DNA of 64,000 nt, from NCBI GenBank assembly GCA_964435165.1, contig CAYSXY010000002.1:8126-72125 (forward strand), read 5' to 3'. This stretch comes from an uncultured Rickettsiales bacterium. Lineage in GTDB: Bacteria > Pseudomonadota > Alphaproteobacteria > Rickettsiales > RI-342. The position numbers and the translations under genes were made by a program. This document shows, piece after piece, positions 8,146-18,766 of this stretch. The notes under the pieces were generated by a model, which saw nothing but the letters and a program-made list of their open reading frames with translations, was not told where the DNA came from and searched no databases. Numbering within the stretch: the stretch's first letter is position 1; each line of letters opens with the position of its first letter.

Positions 8146-9390
8146 GTGGCCGTGATTGTACAAAAATTTGGGGGAACCTCTGTCGGGGATATCGAGCGTA
8201 TCCGCCACGTGGCAACCCTGGTAAAAAAAGAGGTGGATAAAGGCCATCAGGTGGCCGTTGTCGTGTCCGCGATGGCGGGTCAGACCAATCAGCTGGTAGG
8301 TTGGGCAACCGAGGTTAATACGCTGCAAACCAAAGACGCGCTCGAAGAATATGATGCGGTGGTGGCCACCGGTGAACAGGTCACCAGTGGCTTGCTGGCA
8401 TTGACATTGCAACAGATGGGCGTATCCGCACGGAGCTGGCATGGCTGGCAGATTCCGTTCCGCACAGATAAGGCACATTCACGGGCACGTATCGACCATA
8501 TTGATGGTGAAACGCTGCGAAAGGCGATGGCGCATGATGTCGCCGTCATTGCGGGATTCCAGGGCATCAGCCCGGAGGGACGCATCACCACGCTGGGTCG
8601 GGGTGGTTCGGATACAACGGCAGTAGCCGTGGCGGCGGCCATTGGTGCGGATCACTGCGATATTTATACGGATGTAGATGGTGTCTATACGTCAGACCCG
8701 AGAATTGTCACCAAAGCCCGAAAACTTCACAAAGTAGCCTATGAAGAAATGCTGGAAATGTCGTCGCTGGGGGCCAAAGTGTTGCAGGTGCGCTCGGTGG
8801 AGATGGCGATGAAACACGCGGTGCGTGTGCAGGTGCGGTCAACCTTTGATGATGTGCCGGGCACGTGGCTGGTCGATGAGGAGGAAGTGATGGAACGACG
8901 GATTATTACCGGAATTACCTACAGCCGAGATGAGGCGCGGGTGACTCTGATCAAGGTGCCGAACCGTCCGGGCATGGCGGCCGGTGTGTTCGGTCCACTG
9001 GCGGATGCCGAAATCAATGTTGATATGATTATTCAAAATCTCAGTGAAGACGGTCAGGAAACGGACATGACCTTTACGGTCGGCAAGTCGGATTTAGATC
9101 GTGCCAAAGAGATTCTTGAGAGCAATCAACCGAAGCTTGGGTACAAAAAACTGGTGGCAGATGGAAATGTTGCCAAAATTTCAGTCATTGGCGTGGGGAT
9201 GAAGAGCCATGCAGGCGTGGCGCAGCAGATGTTCCGTACCCTGTCCGAAAAAGGAGTCAATATCCTCGCCATTTCAACATCGGAAATTAAAATCAGCACC
9301 CTGATTGAAGAGGCCTATGCAGAACTGGCCTTACGGGCATTGCATACGGCCTATGGTCTGGATGCCGTTGAGGAAGACCCTCGAAGCTGA
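8146..9390 (+). CDS. lysC: aspartate kinase
   Basis: N-terminus VIVQKFGGTSVGD, plus GRGGSDTTA and two C-terminal ACT-like repeats. Confidence 0.95.
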   Translation: MAVIVQKFGGTSVGDIERIRHVATLVKKEVDKGHQVAVVVSAMAGQTNQLVGWATEVNTLQTKDALEEYDAVVATGEQVTSGLLALTLQQMGVSARSWHGWQIPFRTDKAHSRARIDHIDGETLRKAMAHDVAVIAGFQGISPEGRITTLGRGGSDTTAVAVAAAIGADHCDIYTDVDGVYTSDPRIVTKARKLHKVAYEEMLEMSSLGAKVLQVRSVEMAMKHAVRVQVRSTFDDVPGTWLVDEEEVMERRIITGITYSRDEARVTLIKVPNRPGMAAGVFGPLADAEINVDMIIQNLSEDGQETDMTFTVGKSDLDRAKEILESNQPKLGYKKLVADGNVAKISVIGVGMKSHAGVAQQMFRTLSEKGVNILAISTSEIKISTLIEEAYAELALRALHTAYGLDAVEEDPRS

Positions 9391-9463
9391 CCACGTCGAT
9401 CACCTCGCCGAATGATACCCATGATAAATAACGGGGTAGTAAAGCTCAGCGCGTTGCATCTTG

Positions 9464-10543
9464 ATGGCAATCGGCTATGATTGCGCCATGCAGGAGATCA
9501 TTCAACCCGTATCCGGCAGTGCGCCGACCAATCCCGCTGAGACGCGACTAGCCAGCTTATGGCGGCGTGGCATTGCGCTGCTGGGCTGCGACTATGCTAT
9601 CATGGGTGGTGCCATGTCCTGGGTATCGGAACGCACGCTCGTCTCGGCTATTTCCAATGCCGGTGGATTTGGTGTCATTGCCTGCAGTTCCATGTCACCG
9701 GCATTACTCAAGCAGGAAATCAAGGCCACGCAGGCGCTGACAGAGAAGCCATTTGGTGTCAATCTGATATTGATGCACCCTGAGCTTGAGGCGCTCTTTG
9801 ATGTCTGTATCGCCATGCAGGTGAGCCATGTTGTGCTGGCGGGGGGGATTCCAAAAAAATCACATATCGACAAGCTGAAAGAGCAGAATATTCGTGTCAT
9901 TGCCTTTGCGCCTGCTTTGCCCATTGCCCGGCGATTGGTTAAAATGGGCGTTGATGCGCTGGTGATTGAAGGGATGGAGGCAGGTGGCCATGTTGGCCCG
10001 GTGTCAACCTCTGTGCTGGCGCAGGAGATATTACCGCATGTTCAGGATGTTCCTGTATTTGTCGCTGGCGGCATCAGCCGCGGCGAGACCATTGCCGGAT
10101 ATCTGGAGATGGGTGCGGCCGGTGTTCAGATGGGCACGCGTTTTGTCTGCGCGCAGGAGTCGATTGCTCATGACAAATTCAAACAGGCATTTATTCGCAG
10201 TCATGCGCGCGATGCTATTTTGTCCGTGCAATATCATGAAGAATTTCCGGTCATCCCGGTGCGGGCGATTCATAACGAGGCGAGCCGTGAATTTCTGGCC
10301 AAACAGCGTGACGTGGTGGAGCGCTGGCAGCGCGGTGAAATTTCAAAAGAAGAAGGCCAATTGGAAATCGAGCATTATTGGGCGGGCGCGCTGCGCCGTG
10401 CGGTCATTGATGGTGATATTGAACGCGGCTCGTTAATGGCTGGGCAGAGCGTCGGTATGGTCAGCACCATCCAGCCAGTGCAAGATATTATGGATGAATT
10501 AGTCGCGCAGGCCCAGGAGTTTCTCACCGCGAACCAGGCGTAA
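9464..10543 (+). CDS. nitronate monooxygenase / FabK-like NAD(P)H-dependent flavin oxidoreductase
   Basis: NMO family motifs (IMGGAMSWVS, GGFGVIA, IEGMEAGGHVG, GVQMGTRF). The start is ambiguous: 9461 TTG, 9464 ATG or 9488 ATG. Confidence 0.8.
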   Translation: MAIGYDCAMQEIIQPVSGSAPTNPAETRLASLWRRGIALLGCDYAIMGGAMSWVSERTLVSAISNAGGFGVIACSSMSPALLKQEIKATQALTEKPFGVNLILMHPELEALFDVCIAMQVSHVVLAGGIPKKSHIDKLKEQNIRVIAFAPALPIARRLVKMGVDALVIEGMEAGGHVGPVSTSVLAQEILPHVQDVPVFVAGGISRGETIAGYLEMGAAGVQMGTRFVCAQESIAHDKFKQAFIRSHARDAILSVQYHEEFPVIPVRAIHNEASREFLAKQRDVVERWQRGEISKEEGQLEIEHYWAGALRRAVIDGDIERGSLMAGQSVGMVSTIQPVQDIMDELVAQAQEFLTANQA

Positions 10544-10548
10544 CGCGG

Positions 10549-12825
10549 ATGGCCCCGTCGCAGACAACATCGAGCGCACTATCGCTGCTGAAAAAGGTGC
10601 GCGATATCATCGTCTCTGGCGATACCGTCCAGTCCAAACTAGATCATATCGTCACAAATATTGCCGATAGGCTGAATGTAGACGTGTGTTCACTTTATCT
10701 GCTCAGGGCAGGGGATGTGCTGGAGCTCTGTGCCAGTGAAGGGCTGGATATCGCTTCGCTACACCAGGTGAGGTTGATGGTAGGGCAGGGGCTGGTAGGT
10801 GACATTGCCGCATTTGGTCGTCCTTTAAATATCGGCAATGCGCCGGAACATCCGCAATTTCTTTACATTCCCCAAACCGGCGAAGAGCGATTTCACAGTT
10901 TGGCGGGGGTGCCGGTCATTCGCCGGGGGCAGGTGATTGGCGTGCTATCGACACAATGTGAGACGAGCGAGCCACTTGGCGACGATGCATTTGATGTGCT
11001 GCAAACGATCGGCTTGATTATTGCCGAATTACTCGGGGAGGCTGAATTGCTCTACGGCGCGGAACTGGCCTATGCCAGTAGCCAAAGCCTGGAGACGCAT
11101 CATATTACTGGCAGTGCGCTGGCGCCGGGACTGGCGATAGGCCCGGTCGTGATTCATCAGCGTAGCCAGGCGGCCCACGCAGTGATCGCTGATAATCCTG
11201 TTGCCGAACAGGCAAGGCTGGAAGGTGCAATGACAGCTTTCCGCCAGTCAATGGATCGTCTGGTGGCACAATCACGTCACCATACTGATGCCGAATCACG
11301 CGCGATTATCGAGACCTATCGTCTCTTTGCCTATGATCAAGGCTGGCTAAGACGCATGGAGGTGGCGATTGAGGCCGGGCTGACAGCCGAGGCGGCAGTG
11401 CGTCGGGCACAAAATGAAGTGAGTGCCCACCTGGCCAAATCCAGTAGCGGCTATTTGCGTGATCGCATGCGCGACATTGAAGATATCAGCGACCGGCTGA
11501 TTTTGCACTTAAGTGGTAGCATCTCACCAAAAGACCGCACCGATTTACCAGATCAGTTCATTCTGGTCGCACGTTCCATCAGTGCCGCAGATTTGCTGGA
11601 ATATTCTCCTGGATCGATAAAGGCGTTAGTGCTGGAAGAAAACCCGGCAACCGCACATATTGTCATTATTGCCAAATCCCTGAATATCCCGGTTGTAGGA
11701 TATATTCGCCAGTTATTGCGCTTAGCACGAGTCGGTGATCTTGTGGTGGTCGATGGCAGCCATGGAGACGTCTTTTTACGCCCATCCGAAGAGATAGAAC
11801 AGACGGTCAGGCAGCATATTGAAGAACAGCATCAGCGACGTAAAGCAGTGCAATCGGTCGATAATGAGCCTGCCGTTACAAAAGATGGCCATGCTGTCAC
11901 ACTCTATGTCAATGCCAGCTTGTTTGTTGATGTGATGGAAATGCAAAAGGTAGGGGCAGGTGGTGTTGGGTTGTTTCGCACTGAAATTCCTTACATGGTC
12001 TCACGCCACTTTCCAGATATTGAAGAGCAATATCAGACCTATGCGCGGGTGCTGAAGCAGGCGGACGGCAAACCGGTCATCTTCCGCACTTTTGATATCG
12101 GCGGCGATAAACAATTACCTTACTTGGCGCTGCCTTATGAACCCAATCCGGCTATGGGCTGGCGGGCAACGCGTATCGGGCTTGATCGCCCTTCCTTGCT
12201 CAAGCGCCAATTGCGAGCCATGCTCATGGCAGCGGCAGGGTCTGAATTGCAGGTCATGTTCCCCTTCATTACGGAAGTCTCAGAGATTCGCCGCGCCAAG
12301 GAGATGCTGGAGACTGAAATCATACGCATGCGTCAGGACAACAAAGAGGTTTCGCATTCCGTGACGATTGGCGTTATGCTGGAGATCCCGGCATTGCTAT
12401 GGCAGATGACGGAGTTGCTGGAAGAAGTGGATTTTATCTCCGTCGGCAGTAACGACCTGCTGCAATATTTATTTGCCGCCGATCGGGAAAGCCCGATGCT
12501 AGGTAGGCGATATAATGGCTTCTCCCCGGCGGCGATGCGTGTGTTTCGTGATATCATCAGGCGCTGTGATGAAGCGGAGGTGCCTGTCTGTTTCTGTGGC
12601 GAATTTGCTGCCGACCAGGCAGGGCTGATGGCTTTGTTGGGGCTGGGGGCACGGCGTTTTTCCATGGCGCCGTCTGCGATTATGGCGGCGCGCCACCTGG
12701 TGCGCCAGGTCGATACAGTGGCGCTTGCGTCATATGTGTTCCAGCAACTGGAAAAAGGTCGATCACTACGCTATGATCTGCAGGATTATGCCCGGGATCA
12801 TGCGATTCAGTGGTATCAACCGTAA
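10549..12825 (+). CDS. ptsP: phosphoenolpyruvate-protein phosphotransferase EI-Ntr with N-terminal GAF domain
   Basis: 758 aa. GAF-like N-terminus, then PEP-utilising enzyme motifs (GGVGLFRTE, FRTFDIGGDK, SVGSNDLLQY). The lysC-ptsP adjacency is typical of Alphaproteobacteria. Confidence 0.9.
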   Translation: MAPSQTTSSALSLLKKVRDIIVSGDTVQSKLDHIVTNIADRLNVDVCSLYLLRAGDVLELCASEGLDIASLHQVRLMVGQGLVGDIAAFGRPLNIGNAPEHPQFLYIPQTGEERFHSLAGVPVIRRGQVIGVLSTQCETSEPLGDDAFDVLQTIGLIIAELLGEAELLYGAELAYASSQSLETHHITGSALAPGLAIGPVVIHQRSQAAHAVIADNPVAEQARLEGAMTAFRQSMDRLVAQSRHHTDAESRAIIETYRLFAYDQGWLRRMEVAIEAGLTAEAAVRRAQNEVSAHLAKSSSGYLRDRMRDIEDISDRLILHLSGSISPKDRTDLPDQFILVARSISAADLLEYSPGSIKALVLEENPATAHIVIIAKSLNIPVVGYIRQLLRLARVGDLVVVDGSHGDVFLRPSEEIEQTVRQHIEEQHQRRKAVQSVDNEPAVTKDGHAVTLYVNASLFVDVMEMQKVGAGGVGLFRTEIPYMVSRHFPDIEEQYQTYARVLKQADGKPVIFRTFDIGGDKQLPYLALPYEPNPAMGWRATRIGLDRPSLLKRQLRAMLMAAAGSELQVMFPFITEVSEIRRAKEMLETEIIRMRQDNKEVSHSVTIGVMLEIPALLWQMTELLEEVDFISVGSNDLLQYLFAADRESPMLGRRYNGFSPAAMRVFRDIIRRCDEAEVPVCFCGEFAADQAGLMALLGLGARRFSMAPSAIMAARHLVRQVDTVALASYVFQQLEKGRSLRYDLQDYARDHAIQWYQP

Positions 12826-12848
12826 ACTGTATCATCGACCTTCTTATT

Positions 12849-13421
12849 ATGGCACCTGCTGACCACCCACATCCTACCCCTCAGGAAGAGACGATAGGCT
12901 ATCTGCTCTGGCAGCGACGCTTGGCGCTGGGGCTGGAACCGGAGGAGATCGAAACACAAATTAAAATTCGCCATCATTATCTGACAGCAATCGAACATAA
13001 TGATTATGAGGACTTGCCTGGCCCTGCCTATACGCTGGGTTATATTAAAAACTATGCGCGATTTCTGGGCATCGATCCGAATGAAATAGAGGCACGTTTT
13101 CTCTCAGAACAAGAGGCATTCCATAAAGAGCAGGCCTTTTATCTGCCGGAGCCGGCGCGTCAACGCCGCGGGGCAGAGCGGGTGCCGCTGATGCTTTCGC
13201 TCTTACTGGCGGTACTGATTTATACGGGCTGGTTTTTGCTGATACACCGTGATGAACCGCGTTATGCTGGCATACAGGTGCAGCCCGTTCCGGATCGTCT
13301 CATGACCGGGGAACGACCATCCGCCTCCAGAGAGATGATGGTGGGGCCAATGCTGCCACAAACGCAGCGGCCAGCGCGCGGCACGGCAAACACGGTGGAC
13401 AGAACCACGTCAGCACCGTAA
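12849..13421 (+). CDS. RodZ-like helix-turn-helix membrane protein
   Basis: HTH segment IGYLLWQRRLALGLEPEEIETQIKIRHHYLTAIE, followed by the YTLGYIKNYARFLG motif and one TM helix (PLMLSLLLAVLIYTGWFLLI). The ATG at 12849 avoids overlap with ptsP. Confidence 0.6.
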   Translation: MAPADHPHPTPQEETIGYLLWQRRLALGLEPEEIETQIKIRHHYLTAIEHNDYEDLPGPAYTLGYIKNYARFLGIDPNEIEARFLSEQEAFHKEQAFYLPEPARQRRGAERVPLMLSLLLAVLIYTGWFLLIHRDEPRYAGIQVQPVPDRLMTGERPSASREMMVGPMLPQTQRPARGTANTVDRTTSAP

Positions 13422-13479
13422 AAAAACCTGCCAGCCACCAAGCGCATGTGCTCACCAGTGAGGGACGGATCATTACGCT

Positions 13480-14733
13480 ATGTCACATAAATGCCAGCCG
13501 GTTCGCGGCACTCATGACTGTCTGCCTGATGAGCAACATAAACGCAATGCTATCATCGCCGAAGCGGCGCTGATAGCCGTAGCTTATGGTTATCGGCCAA
13601 TATCAACGCCTATCTTTGAATTTACAGAGGTATTTGCCCGCACCCTTGGCGATAGCTCGGATATCGTCACCAAAGAGATGTATACATTTGACGATCGTGG
13701 TGGTGAAAGCCTGACATTACGTCCTGAATTTACGGCAGGTATCGCCCGGGCCTTTCTTTCTAACGGCTTGCAGCAGCAGTTACCGTGTAAATTTTTTGCA
13801 CATGGCCCGGTCTTTCGCTATGAACGCCCCCAAAAAGGGCGGATGCGGCAATTTCACCAGTTGGATGTCGAATGTATCGGCATTGCCGAGCCTTTGGCCG
13901 ATGCCGAAGTCATCGCCATGGGCCACCAATTGCTGGCGGCGCTGGGATTGACCAATAAAACAACACTGGAATTAAATTCTCTGGGGGATGTACAGAGTCG
14001 CATGGCGCATCGTGAAGCGCTGGTGACATATTTTGAGCACTTTCGTGGCGAGCTATCGGAAGATAGTCAGCGCCGGTTGAGTGTCAACCCGCTTCGGATC
14101 CTGGATTCGAAAGACCCGGGCGATAGGAAACTGGTCGCCGATGCACCGTCGATTGCTGATTATTATACTGACGAATCGCGCCGCTTTATCGATCAATTGC
14201 AGGAATATCTGGGCCTGCTCGGGATTGACTATCAGTGGAATGATCGGTTGGTGCGCGGGTTGGATTATTATAATCACACTGTTTTTGAATTTACGACCGA
14301 CCAACTCGGAGCGCAGGGAGCAGTATTATCAGGTGGGCGGTATGACGGGCTCATGGAGATGATGGGTGGCCCACACATGTCGGCCATTGGCTGGGGTGCT
14401 GGTCTGGAACGCCTGGAGGCATTGTATGAAAAAACCCTGCCCGTACCACGACCCATAGCTGTCATCCCCATTTCACCCGATGAGATGAATGAAGCCTTTC
14501 GCTTGACACAGGAATTGCGGAGTCATGGTGTGATGACGACGCTCGATGCCACAGGAAATATGAAAAAACGCCTGACCCGCGCCGGTAAAGCGAATGCAAG
14601 ACTGGCCCTGATTCTGGGGGCGGATGAAGTCGCCAACGGTAAGGTAACGCTGCGCCATTTGGATGATGGCGAACAGCAATTGCTGGCGCGGGATTCGGTC
14701 GTGGACTATTGCAAAGGTGTGGTGCAGGGATGA
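13480..14733 (+). CDS. hisS: histidine--tRNA ligase
   Basis: Class II aaRS HisRS motifs ([38 protein letters not shown]). Confidence 0.95.
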   Translation: MSHKCQPVRGTHDCLPDEQHKRNAIIAEAALIAVAYGYRPISTPIFEFTEVFARTLGDSSDIVTKEMYTFDDRGGESLTLRPEFTAGIARAFLSNGLQQQLPCKFFAHGPVFRYERPQKGRMRQFHQLDVECIGIAEPLADAEVIAMGHQLLAALGLTNKTTLELNSLGDVQSRMAHREALVTYFEHFRGELSEDSQRRLSVNPLRILDSKDPGDRKLVADAPSIADYYTDESRRFIDQLQEYLGLLGIDYQWNDRLVRGLDYYNHTVFEFTTDQLGAQGAVLSGGRYDGLMEMMGGPHMSAIGWGAGLERLEALYEKTLPVPRPIAVIPISPDEMNEAFRLTQELRSHGVMTTLDATGNMKKRLTRAGKANARLALILGADEVANGKVTLRHLDDGEQQLLARDSVVDYCKGVVQG

Positions 14734-15803
14734 GCATCGACGATAAAATGCAGCAACTGAAGCGCCGTCATGAGGAGTTGCAGGCGCTGCTGGCAAGCCC
14801 GGATGCATTATCGGCCGATGAGTTTACATCGCATTCACGTGAATATGCCGAATTAACTCCAGTGGTTGAACAGATATTGGCGCTGCAAACCGCGATGGAT
14901 GAGCATCGTGATGCGCAAGAGTTGCTGCAGGATAAGGCCACAGATGCCGACATGCAGGCGCTGGCGAAAGAAGAATTAAATCATCTGGAGAAATTGATTC
15001 CTGAGTTGGAATCACAGGTCAAACTGGCATTGATTCCAAAAGATGAGGCAGATAAACGCAGCGCGATTGTTGAGATTCGCGCTGGCACAGGAGGCGATGA
15101 AGCGGCCTTATTCGCGGCAGATTTGCTGCGCATGTATCAACGCTATGCTGAGCAACATGGCTGGAAAACATCGCTGCTGTCCATCAGCGATACCGGCATT
15201 GGTGGTTGTAAGGAGGCGGCACTGGAAATCAATGGCCGTGGTGTGTTTGAGCGTCTCAAATTTGAATCCGGAGTCCATCGCGTGCAACGTATTCCCGTGA
15301 CCGAGTCCGGGGGACGTATTCACACCTCAGCTGCGACGGTTGCCGTGATGCCCGAAGCCGAAGAGGTGGATGTGGCGATTGAGGATAAGGACATACGCAT
15401 TGATGTGTTTCGCGCCAGCGGAGCCGGAGGACAGCATGTCAACACGACGGATAGCGCGGTGCGGGTGACGCACCTGCCGACCGGCATTGTCGTTAGTCAG
15501 CAGGATGAGAAATCGCAGCATAAAAATAAGGCCAAGGCCATGAAAGTACTGCGTGCCCGCTTATATGATCTGGAGCGGCGACAAAAAGAGGAAGCGCGTG
15601 CGGCGGAGCGTAAATCGCAAGTAGGCAGTGGTGACCGATCCGAGCGCATTCGCACCTATAATTTCCCACAGGGCAGAGTCACGGACCATCGCATTAATCT
15701 GACACTGCATAAATTGCAGGATATCCTCGACGGGGCAGCCCTCGATGACGTGGTGGATTCGTTGCTTGCGGAAGACCGGGCAAATCGGCTGTTGGACATA
15801 TAA
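14730..15803 (+). CDS. prfA: peptide chain release factor 1
   Basis: Contains the GGQ motif ([23 protein letters not shown]) and the RF1-type PVT tripeptide (RIPVTES). The ATG at 14730 overlaps the hisS stop (ATGA). Confidence 0.95.
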   Translation: MSIDDKMQQLKRRHEELQALLASPDALSADEFTSHSREYAELTPVVEQILALQTAMDEHRDAQELLQDKATDADMQALAKEELNHLEKLIPELESQVKLALIPKDEADKRSAIVEIRAGTGGDEAALFAADLLRMYQRYAEQHGWKTSLLSISDTGIGGCKEAALEINGRGVFERLKFESGVHRVQRIPVTESGGRIHTSAATVAVMPEAEEVDVAIEDKDIRIDVFRASGAGGQHVNTTDSAVRVTHLPTGIVVSQQDEKSQHKNKAKAMKVLRARLYDLERRQKEEARAAERKSQVGSGDRSERIRTYNFPQGRVTDHRINLTLHKLQDILDGAALDDVVDSLLAEDRANRLLDI

Positions 15804-15985
15804 TTATGGCATGCCATTATTCAGTGCTGGATACAGTTGTCGCGAGATGGAGAATGTGACGAAAATGGCCCTTTTTGAGAAATGGAAGTTCCCGTGTATA
15901 TCAATATATGAAAGCCGGAAGCACAGAAAATGGCCGTTTTGCAGGCCATTAAACATCTTGTGACGACACTATCTAAGCGAAGCGC

Positions 15986-16873
15986 ATGAAAGAAAACACT
16001 TGTTTTTCCGAGCAACAGCGCGTAACTGTTAAACAAGCTTGCGAATGGGGCGCACAAATACTCCGTTTGGCAGGCATTGACAGCTATCGGTTGGATGCAC
16101 GCGTGTTATTAGGCCACGTCATTGGCCAGACAAGCGATGTTGTGTATAGTCATCCGGAGAAAGAAATAAGCAATCGCCAGCGTGATGCATATAAAAACGT
16201 GATTGAGCGTCGTGCGGCCTGTGAGCCTGTGGCTTACGTGACTGGAGAAAAAGAATTTTGGGGGCGGGCATTTACGGTCACTTCCGCAACATTGATTCCA
16301 CGACCTGAAACAGAAACATTGATAGAATTTATTTTGGCACAATTTTCGACCACACACCCATTATCATTGTTAGACCTGGGCACAGGGTCCGGCTGCATTG
16401 CCCTGACGGTGCTGTGTGAATATCCAAAAGCAACCGCAGTGGCGGTCGATAGCAGCGGCGATGCACTGGAAATTGCGCGCCGGAATGCGCACAGCTTAGG
16501 CGTGGCAGATCGCTGCCGCTTCGTAGAATCGGATTGGGATAATGCCGTTGAGCCGGAGATGAGCGCCGATCTGGTAGTGAGCAACCCCCCTTACATCGCG
16601 CATGGAGAGTTGGCATCCTTATCCCGCGATGTGCGTGATTATGAACCGCATCAAGCGCTGCTGGCAGGAGATGATGGCTTGCAGGCCTATCGCGAAGTGG
16701 CGGATGTTGCGCATCGCCGTATGGCTGAAACCGGTTGCACGGTTATAGAGTCTGGCGCCGGACAGGACGCTGCCATTACTGATATATTTCACCATCATGC
16801 GATGCATTGCATCGCCAGAAAACAAGATTTGTCGGGCATTACCCGTGCCCTGGCATTTACCCACAATGAATGA
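15986..16873 (+). CDS. prmC: release factor glutamine N5-methyltransferase
   Basis: Motif I LDLGTGSGCIA and the NPPY motif (VSNPPYI). Located downstream of prfA. Confidence 0.9.
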   Translation: MKENTCFSEQQRVTVKQACEWGAQILRLAGIDSYRLDARVLLGHVIGQTSDVVYSHPEKEISNRQRDAYKNVIERRAACEPVAYVTGEKEFWGRAFTVTSATLIPRPETETLIEFILAQFSTTHPLSLLDLGTGSGCIALTVLCEYPKATAVAVDSSGDALEIARRNAHSLGVADRCRFVESDWDNAVEPEMSADLVVSNPPYIAHGELASLSRDVRDYEPHQALLAGDDGLQAYREVADVAHRRMAETGCTVIESGAGQDAAITDIFHHHAMHCIARKQDLSGITRALAFTHNE

Positions 16874-16898
16874 ATAACGACAAAGGAACTGATTGACC

Positions 16899-17735
16899 AT
16901 GCGAAGAAAAACCAAGATGAATACATCCATGCGTCACCAACCCCACCGCAAACCAAATGGTGGCGGTCGCCGCGGTCAGCGCGGTCGGCATAACAATCCG
17001 CGTGGTCGCGTATTCGAAGGTAAAACGCGTCAACAGGCTGAACAACTCAAAGAAAAATATACGGCGATGGCTCATGATACGCTGGCTCAGGGTGATCGTG
17101 TCGAAGCCGAAAATTACTGGCAGCATGCCGACCATTATCAGCGTATCGTCAATCATTTTGAAGAACAGGATCGGCAGATGGAAGCCGCTGCCGCATTTGA
17201 AGAAGATATGTGGAATGAGTCCGACGATAATGACTCGCAAGTGGCAGAAGAATCAGTAAACAAAGGCGATGAGCGCCAGTCACGTGGCCGGGCCAATGGT
17301 CGCTCTCAAGACGAGTCACAAGCATCATCAGAGGCACTGGAAACGTCCAGCCCTTACAGTCAGCGAGAAGCGGGTGAAGCCGATCCGCTTGTACAGGATT
17401 CTCCGGAGATGGACAGTGCCGGTAATGTCATTACGATGAAGAATGCCCGCCCTCCGCGTCGCAAGCCACGCATGGTCGGGGGAGATCAGTCAAAAGAGGT
17501 GTCAGACGAGATGGAACAGGCACCGCGCCGTCGCGGTCGTCCTCGCAAGAGCGAGTCAGTCGATGCTGCACATGACGTGGCCAGTGATGGCGATGAATCC
17601 AAGCGCCGCCGTGGCCGCCCTCGCAAAAGTGAGAGCATCGAAGCGGCGAATGAAGAGCAGGGGGATGAGATGCCAAAACGCCGCCGCGGCCGTCCGCGAA
17701 AAACAGAAATCAGTGACGAAAACGCGGCTGGCTAA
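16899..17735 (+). CDS. DUF4167 domain protein with three C-terminal AT-hook-like RRRGRPRK repeats
   Basis: Basic N-terminus plus the conserved LAQGDRVEAENYWQHADHYQRI core typical of alphaproteobacterial DUF4167. Its position after prmC is the usual synteny. The track ORF begins at TTG 16893. Confidence 0.75.
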   Translation: MRRKTKMNTSMRHQPHRKPNGGGRRGQRGRHNNPRGRVFEGKTRQQAEQLKEKYTAMAHDTLAQGDRVEAENYWQHADHYQRIVNHFEEQDRQMEAAAAFEEDMWNESDDNDSQVAEESVNKGDERQSRGRANGRSQDESQASSEALETSSPYSQREAGEADPLVQDSPEMDSAGNVITMKNARPPRRKPRMVGGDQSKEVSDEMEQAPRRRGRPRKSESVDAAHDVASDGDESKRRRGRPRKSESIEAANEEQGDEMPKRRRGRPRKTEISDENAAG

Positions 17736-17743
17736 CACCGCGT

Positions 17744-18664
17744 TCACGGTGCATATTGCGCCATACAACTGTCAAAATCGGCGCATAGTTGTTTCAGGTG
17801 ACCTACCGCTGTGCCGAGTGCTGCGGTGCCCACGGCTTTGAGTGGAATCATATCGTCCGGGTCGAGATAGAGATCAATGACCGGATCGGTCTCCTCCATA
17901 CGCTTCCATTCATTTTCGGTAAAACCGGCCAGCGGCGTGCGGCGCAGCGTGAAGTGGAGTGCCTCCCGTTTGCGGCGCTTAGGATTGCGTGCATTGCGGC
18001 TGGAGATGGTGACCAGGCCTTCATAGGTAAAGATGAGGTCAGTCCGCCGCCGCCCATCATAGACTGGCATTACAAACGAATCGCCACCGTTGGAGGCGAT
18101 ATCGGCAGCGGCACGACGCACCTGCAGACCAGTCGTCAGCGGATCGAAGGTATGATCGCGCTGTTCTTGTTCCACATCCGGCCGCTTTTGCCGGTTTTCC
18201 AACGGGTCATAATGCCGCTTCGTTTGGCGTCCCTGCACATCATAGGCCAGCGTAATGCGCTTGCTGCGACCTCGCAGATTGAAGCGGGATTGAAATTTTT
18301 CCGGGTGGTAATGACTCGGCCCAATACGCCCCTGGCTGTAACTGATGCTGTAATAATTGCTGATCAGGCGCGCCAGCCCTCGGCTTTCAATGGCCGTGCG
18401 CACCAGGTAGCGTCCGTCCTCTTCTTCCACCCCTAAAATTAAATCACCCACATGCAAGCCGGACCAGTAGACAGAAAAAATACCGGCCAGATTGAGTGGT
18501 GGCAGTTGCGGCAAGGATGGCTTTATTTGCGGCACGGGTGTGTCACTGGCCTGGGCAGTTGGAACGGAAAATACCGCCATCATTCCCATTGCCATTATAG
18601 CCAATAGGACTCTGTATATGCGAAAATAAGATAGAACGGAGATGCGGTTCATAATGGGCGGCAC
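17744..18664 (-). CDS. secreted DUF3108-like protein
   Basis: Signal peptide (LLAIMAMGMMAVFSVPTAQA). The beta-rich body with YWSGLHVGDL...GRYLVRTAIESRGLARL resembles DUF3108, recognised from memory only. Alternative ATG start at 18652. Confidence 0.5.
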   Translation of the reverse strand: MPPIMNRISVLSYFRIYRVLLAIMAMGMMAVFSVPTAQASDTPVPQIKPSLPQLPPLNLAGIFSVYWSGLHVGDLILGVEEEDGRYLVRTAIESRGLARLISNYYSISYSQGRIGPSHYHPEKFQSRFNLRGRSKRITLAYDVQGRQTKRHYDPLENRQKRPDVEQEQRDHTFDPLTTGLQVRRAAADIASNGGDSFVMPVYDGRRRTDLIFTYEGLVTISSRNARNPKRRKREALHFTLRRTPLAGFTENEWKRMEETDPVIDLYLDPDDMIPLKAVGTAALGTAVGHLKQLCADFDSCMAQYAP

Positions 18665-18766
18665 TTGAATTGACCATTGTCAGCACACATATTTTACATA
18701 CATGCTATAAGCAGATTATGCCTGCCATCGGCAGAAAACAAAAGGGAATTAAGGAAGTATCGCCCC

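Noticed and set aside
17789-18436. 215 aa plus-strand ORF.
   Set aside because: It is antisense to the signal-peptide-bearing DUF3108-like gene. The minus-strand frame has the more protein-like sequence and a proper signal peptide.
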